From an uncultured Candidatus Rokubacteria bacterium (GTDB taxonomy: Bacteria > Methylomirabilota > Methylomirabilia > Rokubacteriales > DASRDR01): a stretch of DNA of 64,000 nt. The stretch lies in NCBI GenBank assembly GCA_963708025.1, contig CAVPSB010000011.1, positions 13,749 through 77,748 on the forward strand. The letters are read 5' to 3'. Of the stretch, positions 40,354-50,100 are shown piece by piece. Within the stretch, counting starts at the first letter, position 1. Every line of letters starts with the position of its first letter. The notes below the pieces were generated by a model. The model had not been told where the DNA came from. It made no database searches and saw only the letters and a program-made list of their open reading frames with translations. The position numbers and the translations under genes are program-made.

Positions 40354-41283
40354 CTACAGCACCTTGCGGGGGTCGATCGCGTCCCTCAGCCCGTCCCCGA
40401 TGAAGTTGATGGCAAGGACGGTCAGGAAGATGGCGGTGCCGGGGAAGATCGCCCAGTGGGGCGCGAAATCGAGGTTGTCCTTGGCGTCGAACAGGATGCG
40501 GCCCCAGGTCGGAATGTCCGGCGGGAAACCGAGGCCCAGGAAGGAGAGCGAGGACTCGGCGATGATGGCCGCCGCCACGTCGAGGGACGCCGCCACGATG
40601 ACGGGCCCGATGGCGTTCGGCAGGATGTGGCGCGCCACCTGACGAAACACCGGCACCCCGAGCCCCCGGGCCGCCTCGACGAACTCCTTCTCCCGGAGCG
40701 ACAGGAACTGGGCCCGGACCAGCCGGGCCACCGGCATCCAGCGGAGTCCTCCGATCACGACGACGATCAGGATGAAGACGCCGGCCTCCGGCCCGAATGC
40801 CCGCCTGAGGGAGTCCCGGAACAGGTAGACGATCAGGAGCAGGAGCGGGAGCTGGGGGAGCGAGATGAACAGGTCGGTGACCCGCATCAGGGCGTTGTCG
40901 AGGACGCCCCCGAACTGCCCGGACAGCGCCCCGACGAGGGTGCCGGCCGTGATCGCGATGAGCATGGCCGCGACCCCGACGGCCAGCGAGATCCGCCCGC
41001 CGTAGAGCATCCGGGCCAGGAGGTCCTGGCCGAGGTCGTCCGTCCCCAGCGGATGCGCCTGGGAGGGTCCCTTGAGCTTGGCCTTGAAGTCGATCTCGTC
41101 GATCGGGACGCGGTAGACGAAGGGGCCGGCGAGGACCGCCAGCACCATGAGCGCGAGCACCACCCCGCCGAGGACGGCCAGCCGGTGGCGCCGGAAGCGC
41201 CGCCAGGCCTCCAGCCAGAGCGAGTCGGACCGGCGCACCGCCACCACGCGAACGCCCGCCACCACCGCCTCGGACGCCGCCAT
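40354..41283 (-). CDS. Peptide ABC permease (DppC-like)
   Basis: HPLGTDDLGQD, GGRISL, EFVEAAR, GDGLRDAIDPR. Confidence 0.93.
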   Translation of the reverse strand: MAASEAVVAGVRVVAVRRSDSLWLEAWRRFRRHRLAVLGGVVLALMVLAVLAGPFVYRVPIDEIDFKAKLKGPSQAHPLGTDDLGQDLLARMLYGGRISLAVGVAAMLIAITAGTLVGALSGQFGGVLDNALMRVTDLFISLPQLPLLLLIVYLFRDSLRRAFGPEAGVFILIVVVIGGLRWMPVARLVRAQFLSLREKEFVEAARGLGVPVFRQVARHILPNAIGPVIVAASLDVAAAIIAESSLSFLGLGFPPDIPTWGRILFDAKDNLDFAPHWAIFPGTAIFLTVLAINFIGDGLRDAIDPRKVL

Positions 41284-41301
41284 CACCCTACCCTGGTGTC
41301 C

Positions 41302-41587
41302 CGGCCGTGGCCGAGAAGCGAGCAGCCCTAGGACGCAGGGAGTCGCCGACCGCAGGCGTACTCCGAGTACGCCGAGGATCGGCGACGACCCCAAAGGCCG
41401 AAGGCCGTCCGGAGGACGACGGAATGCGAAGCTTATGGCCCCTCGGGATCCTCGAAGGGCAACGGCCGCAGACCTGCGGGGGCAAGGTCGAGGAGCGAGA
41501 CGCCCACAGGCCGAAGGCCGTCCGAACGACGCAGGCCGAGCGCGTCCCGACCGAGATCGACGTTGCGAAGCTTATCGGCCACGGCCG
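41302..41587 (-). repeat. Structured intergenic repeat, copy 3 (internally duplicated; altered but still paired terminal stem)
   Basis: Terminal IR CGGCCGTGGCCGA.AAGC / GCTT.TCGGCCACGGCCG; identical GGCGTACTCGGAGTACGCC core. Confidence 0.85.
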
Positions 41588-42547
41588 CTAGCGGTAGCTG
41601 ATCCGGGGGTCCAGCCAGCCATACACGATATCCGCCACCAGGTTGAACGCGACGACTAGGCACGCGAAGACGAAGGTGATGGCCATCACCACCGGGGTGT
41701 CGTTCGACAGGATGGAGCTGATCAGGAGCGCGCCGATCCCGGGGACCCGGAAGATCTGCTCGGTGATCACGGCCCCGGTGAAGATGGCCGGGATCTGCAG
41801 GGCGACCAGGGTCACCACCGGGATGAGCGCGTTGCGGACGACGTGCTTGAGGATCGTGAAGCGCTCCGAGAGCCCCTTGGCCCGCGCCGTGTTGATGTAG
41901 TCGAGGCGGACGACTTCCAGCACCCCCGACCGGACGAAGCGCGTCAGGGACGCGCCCTGGAAGACCCCCAGCACGGTGATCGGCATGATCCCCTGCTTGA
42001 GGTTCTCCCACACCCACCGGAGCCCGGTGGCCTGGATGTCCGAGCGGTAGATGAACGGGAGCCAGTCCAGGTAGATGCTGAACAGCAGGATGAAGAGGAG
42101 GCCGGTGAAGAACGTCGGCAGGGAGAAGCCGACGAAGGCCAGGGTGGTGGCGACCTGGTCGAAGACCGAATATGGTCGGACCGCCGAATAGATCCCCACC
42201 GGCAGCGCGATCAGGAGTCCCAGGAGCTGGGCCAGCCCCAGGACGAACAGCGTCGTGGGCAGCCGCTGGAGGATCAGGGTGTCCACGTTCACGCGGCTCA
42301 CGAAGGAGAAGCCCCAGTCGCCCTTCAGCATGGAGACGAACCACCGGACGTACCGCAGCGCGATGGGATCGTCGAGGCCGAACTGGGCCCGGAGGTTCAT
42401 CCGCACCTCGGGGGGGACGTTGGGGTTGGTGGCCAGCTCCTCGAAGGGGTCGCCGGGGGCCATGGCGAGGATGGTGAACAGGATGACGCTGATCCCCATG
42501 AGGACCGGGATCATCGTCAGCAGCCGGCGGATCAGATAGGTGCGCAT
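41588..42547 (-). CDS. Peptide ABC permease (DppB-like)
   Basis: PGDP, GLDDP, GDWGFS, DYINTARAKGL, LDPRI. Confidence 0.94.
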   Translation of the reverse strand: MRTYLIRRLLTMIPVLMGISVILFTILAMAPGDPFEELATNPNVPPEVRMNLRAQFGLDDPIALRYVRWFVSMLKGDWGFSFVSRVNVDTLILQRLPTTLFVLGLAQLLGLLIALPVGIYSAVRPYSVFDQVATTLAFVGFSLPTFFTGLLFILLFSIYLDWLPFIYRSDIQATGLRWVWENLKQGIMPITVLGVFQGASLTRFVRSGVLEVVRLDYINTARAKGLSERFTILKHVVRNALIPVVTLVALQIPAIFTGAVITEQIFRVPGIGALLISSILSNDTPVVMAITFVFACLVVAFNLVADIVYGWLDPRISYR

Positions 42548-42552
42548 CGGAG

Positions 42553-42583
42553 CGGGGCCCGGAGGTTCAGGCTCCGGGCCCCG
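42553..42583. other. Hairpin between SBP and permease genes (likely mRNA stabiliser)
   Basis: CGGGGCCCGGAG...CTCCGGGCCCCG, 12-bp stem. Confidence 0.55.
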
Positions 42584-42592
42584 GATGGATTC

Positions 42593-44389
42593 CTACGCTT
42601 CCCGATACCAGTTCGCCAGGTTCCAGAAGCTCGAGTCCCAGCCGCTGATGTCGGTGCCCTTCAGCTTGTTGGAGACGCCCGAGACCCAGCTCCGCCAGAT
42701 GAGGGGCACCACCACGACGTTCTGGACGACGAGGTCGTTCATCCGGATGAAGGTGGCCGCCCGCTTGACGGGGTCCATCTCGGTCTCGGCGGCCTTGTAC
42801 AGCCGGTCGAACTCCTCGTTGTGCCAGCGCGTCGTGTTGCGGCCGGACCACTTGTTGTCCTTGGTCGCCACCTCCCAGGACGCGAATACCCGCATCGACG
42901 CCTGGGGATCGACGTCGAACTGCCAGGCGTACATCTGGAGATCGGCGCCGAACTTCGCGAGGGTGTCCGGGTTCCCGGGGTCCGACCCGAAGAACACGGA
43001 CGCGACGATCGTCTTCAGCTCCATGTCGATCCCGGCCTTCGCCGCCGCCTGCTTGACGATCGCCTGCTGCTTCTGGCGGGCCGCGTTGATCGACGTCTGG
43101 AAGAGGAACTTCAGCCGCTTGCCATCCTTGGCCCGGATGCCGTCGGCACCCCGCTTCCAGCCGGCGTCGTCCAGGACCTTGTTGGCCTTCTCGACGTTGA
43201 ACTCCCACTTCGTGTTCTTGGACTGGAACCGGGAGGGCGCGTTGAGGTAGTTCCCCGTCGCCTGGCCGCCTCGGCCGTAGACCTGCTCCTGCATGGATCC
43301 GCGATCCACGATCAGGGTCAGGGCCTGCCGGACCGCCGGATCGGCCAGCAGCGGGTGCTTGGTCTTGACGCTGGACTTCTCGCCGTCCACCTCGGTCCAG
43401 GGGTCGGTCTGGTTCACGTTGATGTGCTCGATGGTTCCCGACGCGACGAAGTCCACCCGTCCCTTGCCGCCCTGCTCCATGCGCTTGAGGATGTCGTCCT
43501 CGACCTGGAGGTTCCAGGCGAAGTCGTACTCGCCCGTCTGGATGACCGCCCGTGCCGCGGAGACCGCGTCCCCACCCCCCTTCATCTCGACCCGGTCGAA
43601 GAAGGGCCGGTTGGCCACGTGGTAGCTCGGGTTCAGCTCCCCCCGCACCACGTCGTTCGGCTTGAAGTCGGCGTAGCGATAGGGCCCGGTGCCGACGGGC
43701 TTCATGTTCGCTGGGGCCTCACGCGACTTCGCCCCCTTGAACGGTTCGAACACGTGCTTTGGGATGATGAGGCCGGACCCCGTCAAGCAGAAGGCGATCG
43801 GCCAGAAGGGTGTGGGGCTCTTGAAGACCACTTTGACCGTGTGGCTGTCCAGCTTGTCCACCCGGACGACATCCCGGTAGGTGCCGATGCTCGTGGCCGC
43901 GGTGGCCGGATCGGCCGCGAACTCCCAGGTGAAGACGACGTCGTCGGCCGTGAACGGCTTCCCATCGTGCCACTGGACGCCGCGCTTGAGCTTCCAGGTC
44001 ACCGACAGGCCGTCCCTAGCGACCCCGCCGTTGTCCAGACTCGGCAACTCGGCGGCGAGGATCGGCACCAGGTTGCCGTCGGGGTCGAAGCAGGCCAGCG
44101 GCTCGTAGAAGAGCCGGGACCCGTCGTTGTCCTTCACCCCCACCGCCAGGTGAGGATTGAGGATGCTCACGGCCTGCCACCAGAGGACCTTCAGCTCCCC
44201 GCCCCCGCCCCGCTTCGTCGGGTTGAAGGCCGGCCGGGTCTGGGCCTGGGCCAGGCCGGCCGACCCCAGCATCTGGGCGGCCAGGGGAGCGGTGAGTCCC
44301 ATCCCGACCATGAGGCGCGTGAAGGCGCGCCGGCTCAGGACGCCGGCCTCGACCGATCCGATCAGCTCGCGCAGCCCGCGCTCGTCCAT
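42593..44389 (-). CDS. Peptide ABC SBP family 5 with Tat-like signal
   Basis: SRRAF twin-arginine; WHDGKPFTADDV, GTGPY, DPAVRQAL. Confidence 0.94.
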   Translation of the reverse strand: MDERGLRELIGSVEAGVLSRRAFTRLMVGMGLTAPLAAQMLGSAGLAQAQTRPAFNPTKRGGGGELKVLWWQAVSILNPHLAVGVKDNDGSRLFYEPLACFDPDGNLVPILAAELPSLDNGGVARDGLSVTWKLKRGVQWHDGKPFTADDVVFTWEFAADPATAATSIGTYRDVVRVDKLDSHTVKVVFKSPTPFWPIAFCLTGSGLIIPKHVFEPFKGAKSREAPANMKPVGTGPYRYADFKPNDVVRGELNPSYHVANRPFFDRVEMKGGGDAVSAARAVIQTGEYDFAWNLQVEDDILKRMEQGGKGRVDFVASGTIEHINVNQTDPWTEVDGEKSSVKTKHPLLADPAVRQALTLIVDRGSMQEQVYGRGGQATGNYLNAPSRFQSKNTKWEFNVEKANKVLDDAGWKRGADGIRAKDGKRLKFLFQTSINAARQKQQAIVKQAAAKAGIDMELKTIVASVFFGSDPGNPDTLAKFGADLQMYAWQFDVDPQASMRVFASWEVATKDNKWSGRNTTRWHNEEFDRLYKAAETEMDPVKRAATFIRMNDLVVQNVVVVPLIWRSWVSGVSNKLKGTDISGWDSSFWNLANWYREA

Positions 44390-44393
44390 GGGC

Positions 44394-46205
44394 CTAGCCC
44401 TCTTTGTACCAGTAGGCGTGGTTGTAGAGGTTCGAGTCCCAGCCGCTGATGTCGGTGCCCCTCAGCCGGTTGGACACCGCCGAGATGACGCTCCGCCAGA
44501 GGACCGGGACGACGATCACGTTCTGGATGAGGAGGTCGTTCATGCGGATGAAGTTGGCGGCCCGCTTCACCGGGTCCATCTCGGTCTCGGCGGCCTTCCA
44601 GAGCCGGTCGTACTCCTCGTTGCGCCACCGCGTGATGTTGCGGCCGGCCCACTTGTTCTCCTTCGACGCGACCTCCCACGAGCAGAACTGCTCCATGAAC
44701 CGCTGGGGGTCCGGGTTGTTCATCGTCGTCGTGTACATCTGGATGTCGGTGTAGAAGTGGGGGTAGGTGTCCGGATTGCCCGCATCGGAGGCAAAGAAGA
44801 CCGACGACACCACCGACTTCAGCTCCATCTCGATCCCGGCCTTGGCCGCCGCCTGCTTCACGATGGCCTGGGTCTTCTGGCGGGGCGCGTTGATGGCGGT
44901 CTGGAAGACCATCTTGAGCCGCTTGCCGTCCTTGGCCCGGACGCCGTCGGCGCCCCGCTTCCAGCCGGCGTCGTCCAGGATCTTGTTGGCCTTCTCGACG
45001 TTGAACTCCCATTTGTTGTTCTTCGAGTTGAAGCGGGACGGGGCGTTCAGGAAGTTGGCCGTGCTCTGGCCGAGACGGCCGTAGATCTGCTCCTGGACCG
45101 ACGCGCGGTTGACGAGCAGATTCAACGCCGACCTCACCGCCGGGTCGGTCAGGAAGGGGTGGGATGCCTTCAGGCTCGAGCGCTCGCCGTCGATCTCCTT
45201 CCAGGGATCGGTCTGGTTGCACTGGATGTGCTCGATGTTGCCGGCCACGGCGATGTTGACCTTCCCCTTGCCGCCCTGCTCCATCCGGCGGAGGATGTCG
45301 TCTTCCACCTGCAGGTTCCAGGCGAAGTCGTACTCACCCGTCTGGATGACGGCGCGCGCCGCCGAGACCGCGTCCCCACCGCCCTTCAGCTCGAGCTGGT
45401 CGAAGAACGGCCAGTTCGGGACGTGGTAGCCGGGGTTCGCCTCGGCCCGGATCATGTCGCCCGGCTTGAACTCGACGAGCCGGTAGGGGCCGGTGCCGAT
45501 CGGCTTGAGGTTCGCCGGCGCCTCCCGGGACTTCGCCCCCTTGAACGGCTCGAAGACGTGCTTGGGGACGATCTGGCCGCCGGGGCCGCAGAAGGCGATC
45601 GGCCAGAACGGGGTGGGATTCTTGAAGACGACCTTGACCGTGTGGCTGTCCGGCTTGTCCACCCGGGCGATGTCCCGGTAGAAGCCGATCGTCCAGGCGG
45701 CGGTGGCGGGATCGACGGCGTACTCCCAGTTGAAGACCACGTCGTCGGCGGTGAACGGCTTCCCGTCGTGCCACGTCACGCCCCGCTTGAGCTTCCAGGT
45801 GACGGAGAGCCCGTCCTTCGCGACGGCGCCGTTCTGGAGGCTGGGGATCTCGGCGGCGAGATTCGGCACCAGGTTGCCGTCGGGGTCGAAGGAGGCCAGC
45901 GGCTCGTAGAAGACCCGGGAGCCGTCCTGGTCCTTCGTCCCGTTCGCGAAGTGGGGGTTCAGGAGCGTCGGGGCCTGCCACCAGAGGACCTTGAGCGGCC
46001 CGCCCATGCCGCGCCGGGTCGGGGTGAACGCCTTGGTCTGCGCCTGCGCCACGCCGCCGAGGCCGCCAATGCCCAACGATGCCAGCATCTGGCCGACCAT
46101 GGGCGCCGCCAGGCCGAGCCCGACCATCATCCGCGTGAAGTCGCGCCGGCTGACACGCCCGTCCTTCACGCGGCGAATCCAATCCCGAAGCTCGCGCTCA
46201 TCCAT
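44394..46205 (-). CDS. Peptide ABC SBP family 5 with Tat-like signal (tandem paralog)
   Basis: SRRDF; WHDGKPFTADDV; collinear with 42593-44389. Confidence 0.94.
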   Translation of the reverse strand: MDERELRDWIRRVKDGRVSRRDFTRMMVGLGLAAPMVGQMLASLGIGGLGGVAQAQTKAFTPTRRGMGGPLKVLWWQAPTLLNPHFANGTKDQDGSRVFYEPLASFDPDGNLVPNLAAEIPSLQNGAVAKDGLSVTWKLKRGVTWHDGKPFTADDVVFNWEYAVDPATAAWTIGFYRDIARVDKPDSHTVKVVFKNPTPFWPIAFCGPGGQIVPKHVFEPFKGAKSREAPANLKPIGTGPYRLVEFKPGDMIRAEANPGYHVPNWPFFDQLELKGGGDAVSAARAVIQTGEYDFAWNLQVEDDILRRMEQGGKGKVNIAVAGNIEHIQCNQTDPWKEIDGERSSLKASHPFLTDPAVRSALNLLVNRASVQEQIYGRLGQSTANFLNAPSRFNSKNNKWEFNVEKANKILDDAGWKRGADGVRAKDGKRLKMVFQTAINAPRQKTQAIVKQAAAKAGIEMELKSVVSSVFFASDAGNPDTYPHFYTDIQMYTTTMNNPDPQRFMEQFCSWEVASKENKWAGRNITRWRNEEYDRLWKAAETEMDPVKRAANFIRMNDLLIQNVIVVPVLWRSVISAVSNRLRGTDISGWDSNLYNHAYWYKEG

Positions 46206-46343
46206 GATCGCCCTCCTGAAATCAGAGGTTCGCGGACGGAATGGGCGGCCCACGGCCGGGAGCCGGCACGTGGCCCAGAAGCCAGGATTGGGGCGATCTT
46301 AGCTCCACGCCGCCCACCCGGTCAAGACGGCTGGACGCTCCTG

Positions 46344-46724
46344 TCAGTGGCCCCCGGCGCCTTCGTAACCGATCAGCAGGTGCTCGGTGACGAGGGCGAC
46401 GCCAGCACCCGGGCTGGCGCTCGCCCGATAGTACATGTACGGAATGCGAAGCGCCCTGGCAACGTAGCGCTCGGTGCCCCGAAAATACCACTCGCCCGGA
46501 TACTCCTGGCTCTGGGCCTCCTCGAGGCGCAGGCCGTACAGGATGTTGACCGGCACGCGGGGAAGCGCGACATTCGGGGGCACGACCGGCGCGGGAACCG
46601 GATCGGGAATCAGAGGCGGCACGCCGATCCAGTTCTGATTCACGGGTGGTCCCGGGAGTGGTACCGCCGCGTACGGATTCATCACGTAGACGTACGGGCC
46701 CAGATTCGCGACCGGAACGGGCAT
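46344..46724 (-). CDS. Pro/Tyr-rich hypothetical protein (126 aa)
   Basis: RBS GAGGGAGG; typical codon usage; no family recognised. Confidence 0.7.
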   Translation of the reverse strand: MPVPVANLGPYVYVMNPYAAVPLPGPPVNQNWIGVPPLIPDPVPAPVVPPNVALPRVPVNILYGLRLEEAQSQEYPGEWYFRGTERYVARALRIPYMYYRASASPGAGVALVTEHLLIGYEGAGGH

Positions 46725-46859
46725 GATGACCCTCCCTCTGGCGGCTAGGGGTCCGAGGCCACAGGGCGGGCGGCACTTGGTCGAGCCTGCGCATCGGCTC
46801 GCACAGGGCCGCTCCCTTTGTCAGAGGCGTTCGCGAGACCGAGCGGAGCCGGCCTCACC

Positions 46860-46979
46860 CTACTTCGTCGGCCTCTCCGTCCCTTCTTTCATGGCCTTCT
46901 GGAGGGCCGCCATCTCCGCATTCAACCGAGCGATCTGGTCCCTGATCGAGATCAACAACGGCACGATCTGATCGACCAT
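46860..46979 (-). CDS. 39-aa coiled-coil small protein
   Basis: RBS AAGGAGG; LISIRDQIARLNAEMAALQKAM heptad pattern. Confidence 0.6.
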   Translation of the reverse strand: MVDQIVPLLISIRDQIARLNAEMAALQKAMKEGTERPTK

Positions 46980-47120
46980 GGCTTCCTCCTTTGCACGATC
47001 GGGTTCTGCGCCAACAGGCCCCTCCGAGTCTATCGTCGGAGCGAGGAACGAAGCAAGGCCCACGCGGCTGCTCGCAAGCCCGTGCTCACGCGGGTTCCCG
47101 CGCGCCCGGTGGCCGGGCCG

Positions 47121-50100
47121 TCACGCGGACGGCGGGTCTTCCAGAGCGGCGAGGGCCGCTCGAACGCGCGGGGGTTCGTCCAGCGTCCCCAGTGTCTCGA
47201 AGAGCGCAAGGGCGTGCTCGAGGAGCACTCGCGCGCCCGCAGCGTCGCCGCCCACGTGGCACAGCTGGGCCTGGGCCACCCACGCCTTGGCCAGCTCGTC
47301 TCGGGCGCCCATGGTCTCGAGGATGCCCACCGCCCCCGCCAGGTGCACCGTCGCCGCCGCCCGATCCTCCAGCATCAGGATCTCGCCGAGCAGGCGCTCG
47401 GCCACGCCCTCCAGAAACCTATAGCCGCCTTCACGGCTCTTGTCGAGAACCTCCTCGAAGCAGGCCCGGGCTCGCTCGCGGTCGCCCAGCCGCAGGTATC
47501 CCTCGCCCAGCCGGATCACGAACGACCACCGCGTGTAGTGCAGCCGCGAGCGCTCGAACCAGGCGACCGCCTCGCCGAGCCCCGTGGTCCCGGCGGCGGC
47601 GTCTCCGCCCTTGACGAGCCCGTACCCTCTCATGGCTCCGACCATGGCAGCATCGAAGGGGATCGGCGAGGAGGGCCAGGGCTTCCTCACAATACCGGAG
47701 CCCGGTCGTCGGGTCGCCCCGAAGGATGTGCGTCGAGCCGGTGCGCCACAAGCCCACAACCTTCAGACGGAGGTCGTTGACCGCCTGGCCATGATCGAGA
47801 GCACGGCGGCAGTAGTCCAAGGCACGCGCCCATTCGCCGAGGGCGTTGGCGGCGGTGCTCAGGACCCACAGCGTCCGGCAAGCCCACCACACGTCGCCAC
47901 GGGCCTCGAAGCTCGCGAGGGCGCGCTCGCCGACGTCCACGGCGTCTCGCAGATCGCCCGCCAGTCCGTACACGTGGGCGAGGCAACAGTCGGCGAACCC
48001 GCGGATGTCGTCGAGGCCGGCCGCATCGGCCAGCGCGGAAGCCTCGCGGCAATAGCCGATGGCGACCTCCGGGCGGGCGCCGGTCAGGCTGTGGAGGAAG
48101 CCCGTCCAGTAGTACCAGGCGGCCCGGCGCCGGGGATCCGGGCAGCCCTCGACCAGGTCCCGGATGCCCTCCAGCGCGCGAATGTGGTCCGCGTGCTCCC
48201 CCAGCGCGAACTTGACCTCCGCCTGCTTGACGACCGCGTCGATGCGTCGGAGCCGGTTCGCCTCGCCGTCCGGCATCCCGGCCAGGCGCTCGAGCGCCAC
48301 GTCGAAGTGGGCCAGCGCCTGCGTGTTGGCCCACCGCCGCTGGGCCTTCTGGGCGGCGAGGATCGCGTAGTCGACCGCCTTCTCGTCCTCGCCGCTCTGC
48401 CGGTAGTGGTGCGCGAGCAGCTCGACGATCTCGTCGATCCGGCCCGCGTACTGCTGTTCGAGCACCGCCCCCACGGCCGCGTGGTAGCGCCGGCGATCCG
48501 GCTCGAGGAGGGTCGCGTAGGCCACCTCCCGGGTCAGCGTGTGCTTGAAGACGTGGGCGGGCTCATCGAGCCCCATCTGCTCGACCAGGAACTCGTGCCG
48601 GGTCAGATCCCGGAGCCCGGCGGCGAGGTCACCGGGTCCGTCCCAGATCCCCGCCAGGAGCCGGAGCGGCACGTCCGGCCCGAGCACGGAGGCCGTCTGC
48701 AGCAGCCGCCGCAGCGGATCGGGCAGCCGGTCGATGCGCCCGAGGATGAGCTCCTGGATGGTGTCCGGGACCGCGGCGGCCACCTCCGGGTCCGCCTGCT
48801 CGCCAACGCTCCGGGCCAGCTCCTCGAGAAAGAACGGGTTCCCCTGCGCCTTGGCCACGATGCGCTCGGTCAGCTCGGGCGACAGCTCCCGCGCCCTCAG
48901 GGACGACCGGACCACCGCCAGGCTCTCCTCGGCCGAGAGCGGTCGCAGCACGACCTGCGTCGCGTACGAGCGCTCCATCCAGGCGGGACGGTATCCCGGC
49001 CGGTAGGTGGCGATGCACATGATCGACGCCCGCCCGAAGCTCTCCACGAGCGAGGCGACGTATTCCTCCGACGTCCGGTCGATCCAGTGCAGGTCCTCGA
49101 CCACCATGATCAGCGGGCGCGCGAGACTCGCCCTCAGGCTCATCTGCCGGATGGTCTCGAAGGTCCGGGCGTTGATCACCTCCGGGCTCAGCGCATCGAG
49201 CGCGAGCCGTCCCCTCCTTCACACCCAGCAGGTGGAGGAGGCAGGGCGCCGACCCCTCGTCCTCCATGCCCAGCTGCGAGAGCGCCGTGCCGACCTTCGT
49301 CCGGATCACCTCGGGGGTGTCGGTGTCGAGGATCGCGCAGCTGTCCCGGACCAGATCGAGCAGCGGCAGGTAGGGCATGGTCGTTCCGTAGGAGACGCAG
49401 TAACCCTCGAGGTACGTGACCCGCTGGTCGGCGAGGCTCTGGCGGAACTCCAGGAGGAGCCGGGACTTCCCGATGCCAGCCTCGCCGACGATCGCCACCA
49501 CCTGGCCCTGCCCGCGCGCGGCCGACGTGAAAACGCCCCGGAGCAGCTCCAGCTCGTGCTGCCGCCCGACGAACCGGGCCATCCGCCGCTTCAGGCCGGC
49601 GCGGTCGAGCTTCCCGAGTCGGTAGCCCCGGCCGGTGGTCCCGGTCAGCGGCGCCGGGGAGAGCTCGAAGCGACGCTCCAGCAGCCGCGCCGCCGGCTCG
49701 CTGACCAGGATGGTCCCCGGCTCGGCGCCGGCCAGGAGGGCGTCGAGGACGAGCCATGCCGGTCGCTTGGCGTCCTGATCGATCTCGACCCGTGTGCCCA
49801 GCCGCCCGAGCAGGAACGGGCCGGCGTGGATCGCCGCCTTGACCGCGAACGGCGCGGCCAGCCCGTCCCACTGGCGCGCGGCCGCTCTCTGGATCGCCAG
49901 CGCGGCGTGGGCGGCCCGCGTGGGCGCGCCTTCCACGGGCTCCAGCCCGAACGCGGCGACGATGCCGTTGAGTCCCAGCTCCACCAGGCGACCGCCGAAG
50001 GTCTGGACCTTTTCCACCACCAGGGCGAGCGGCCGACTCCGATCGGCATCCCCCGGGTCCTCGCCCGGCGACAGGAGCACCGCCCGCAGCAGCGTGACAC

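Noticed and set aside
47073-47088. sigma54-like TGAGCACGGGCTTGCG upstream of the small genes (minus strand)
   Set aside because: The invariant GG at -24 is GA; cannot be supported unless it is a sequencing error.
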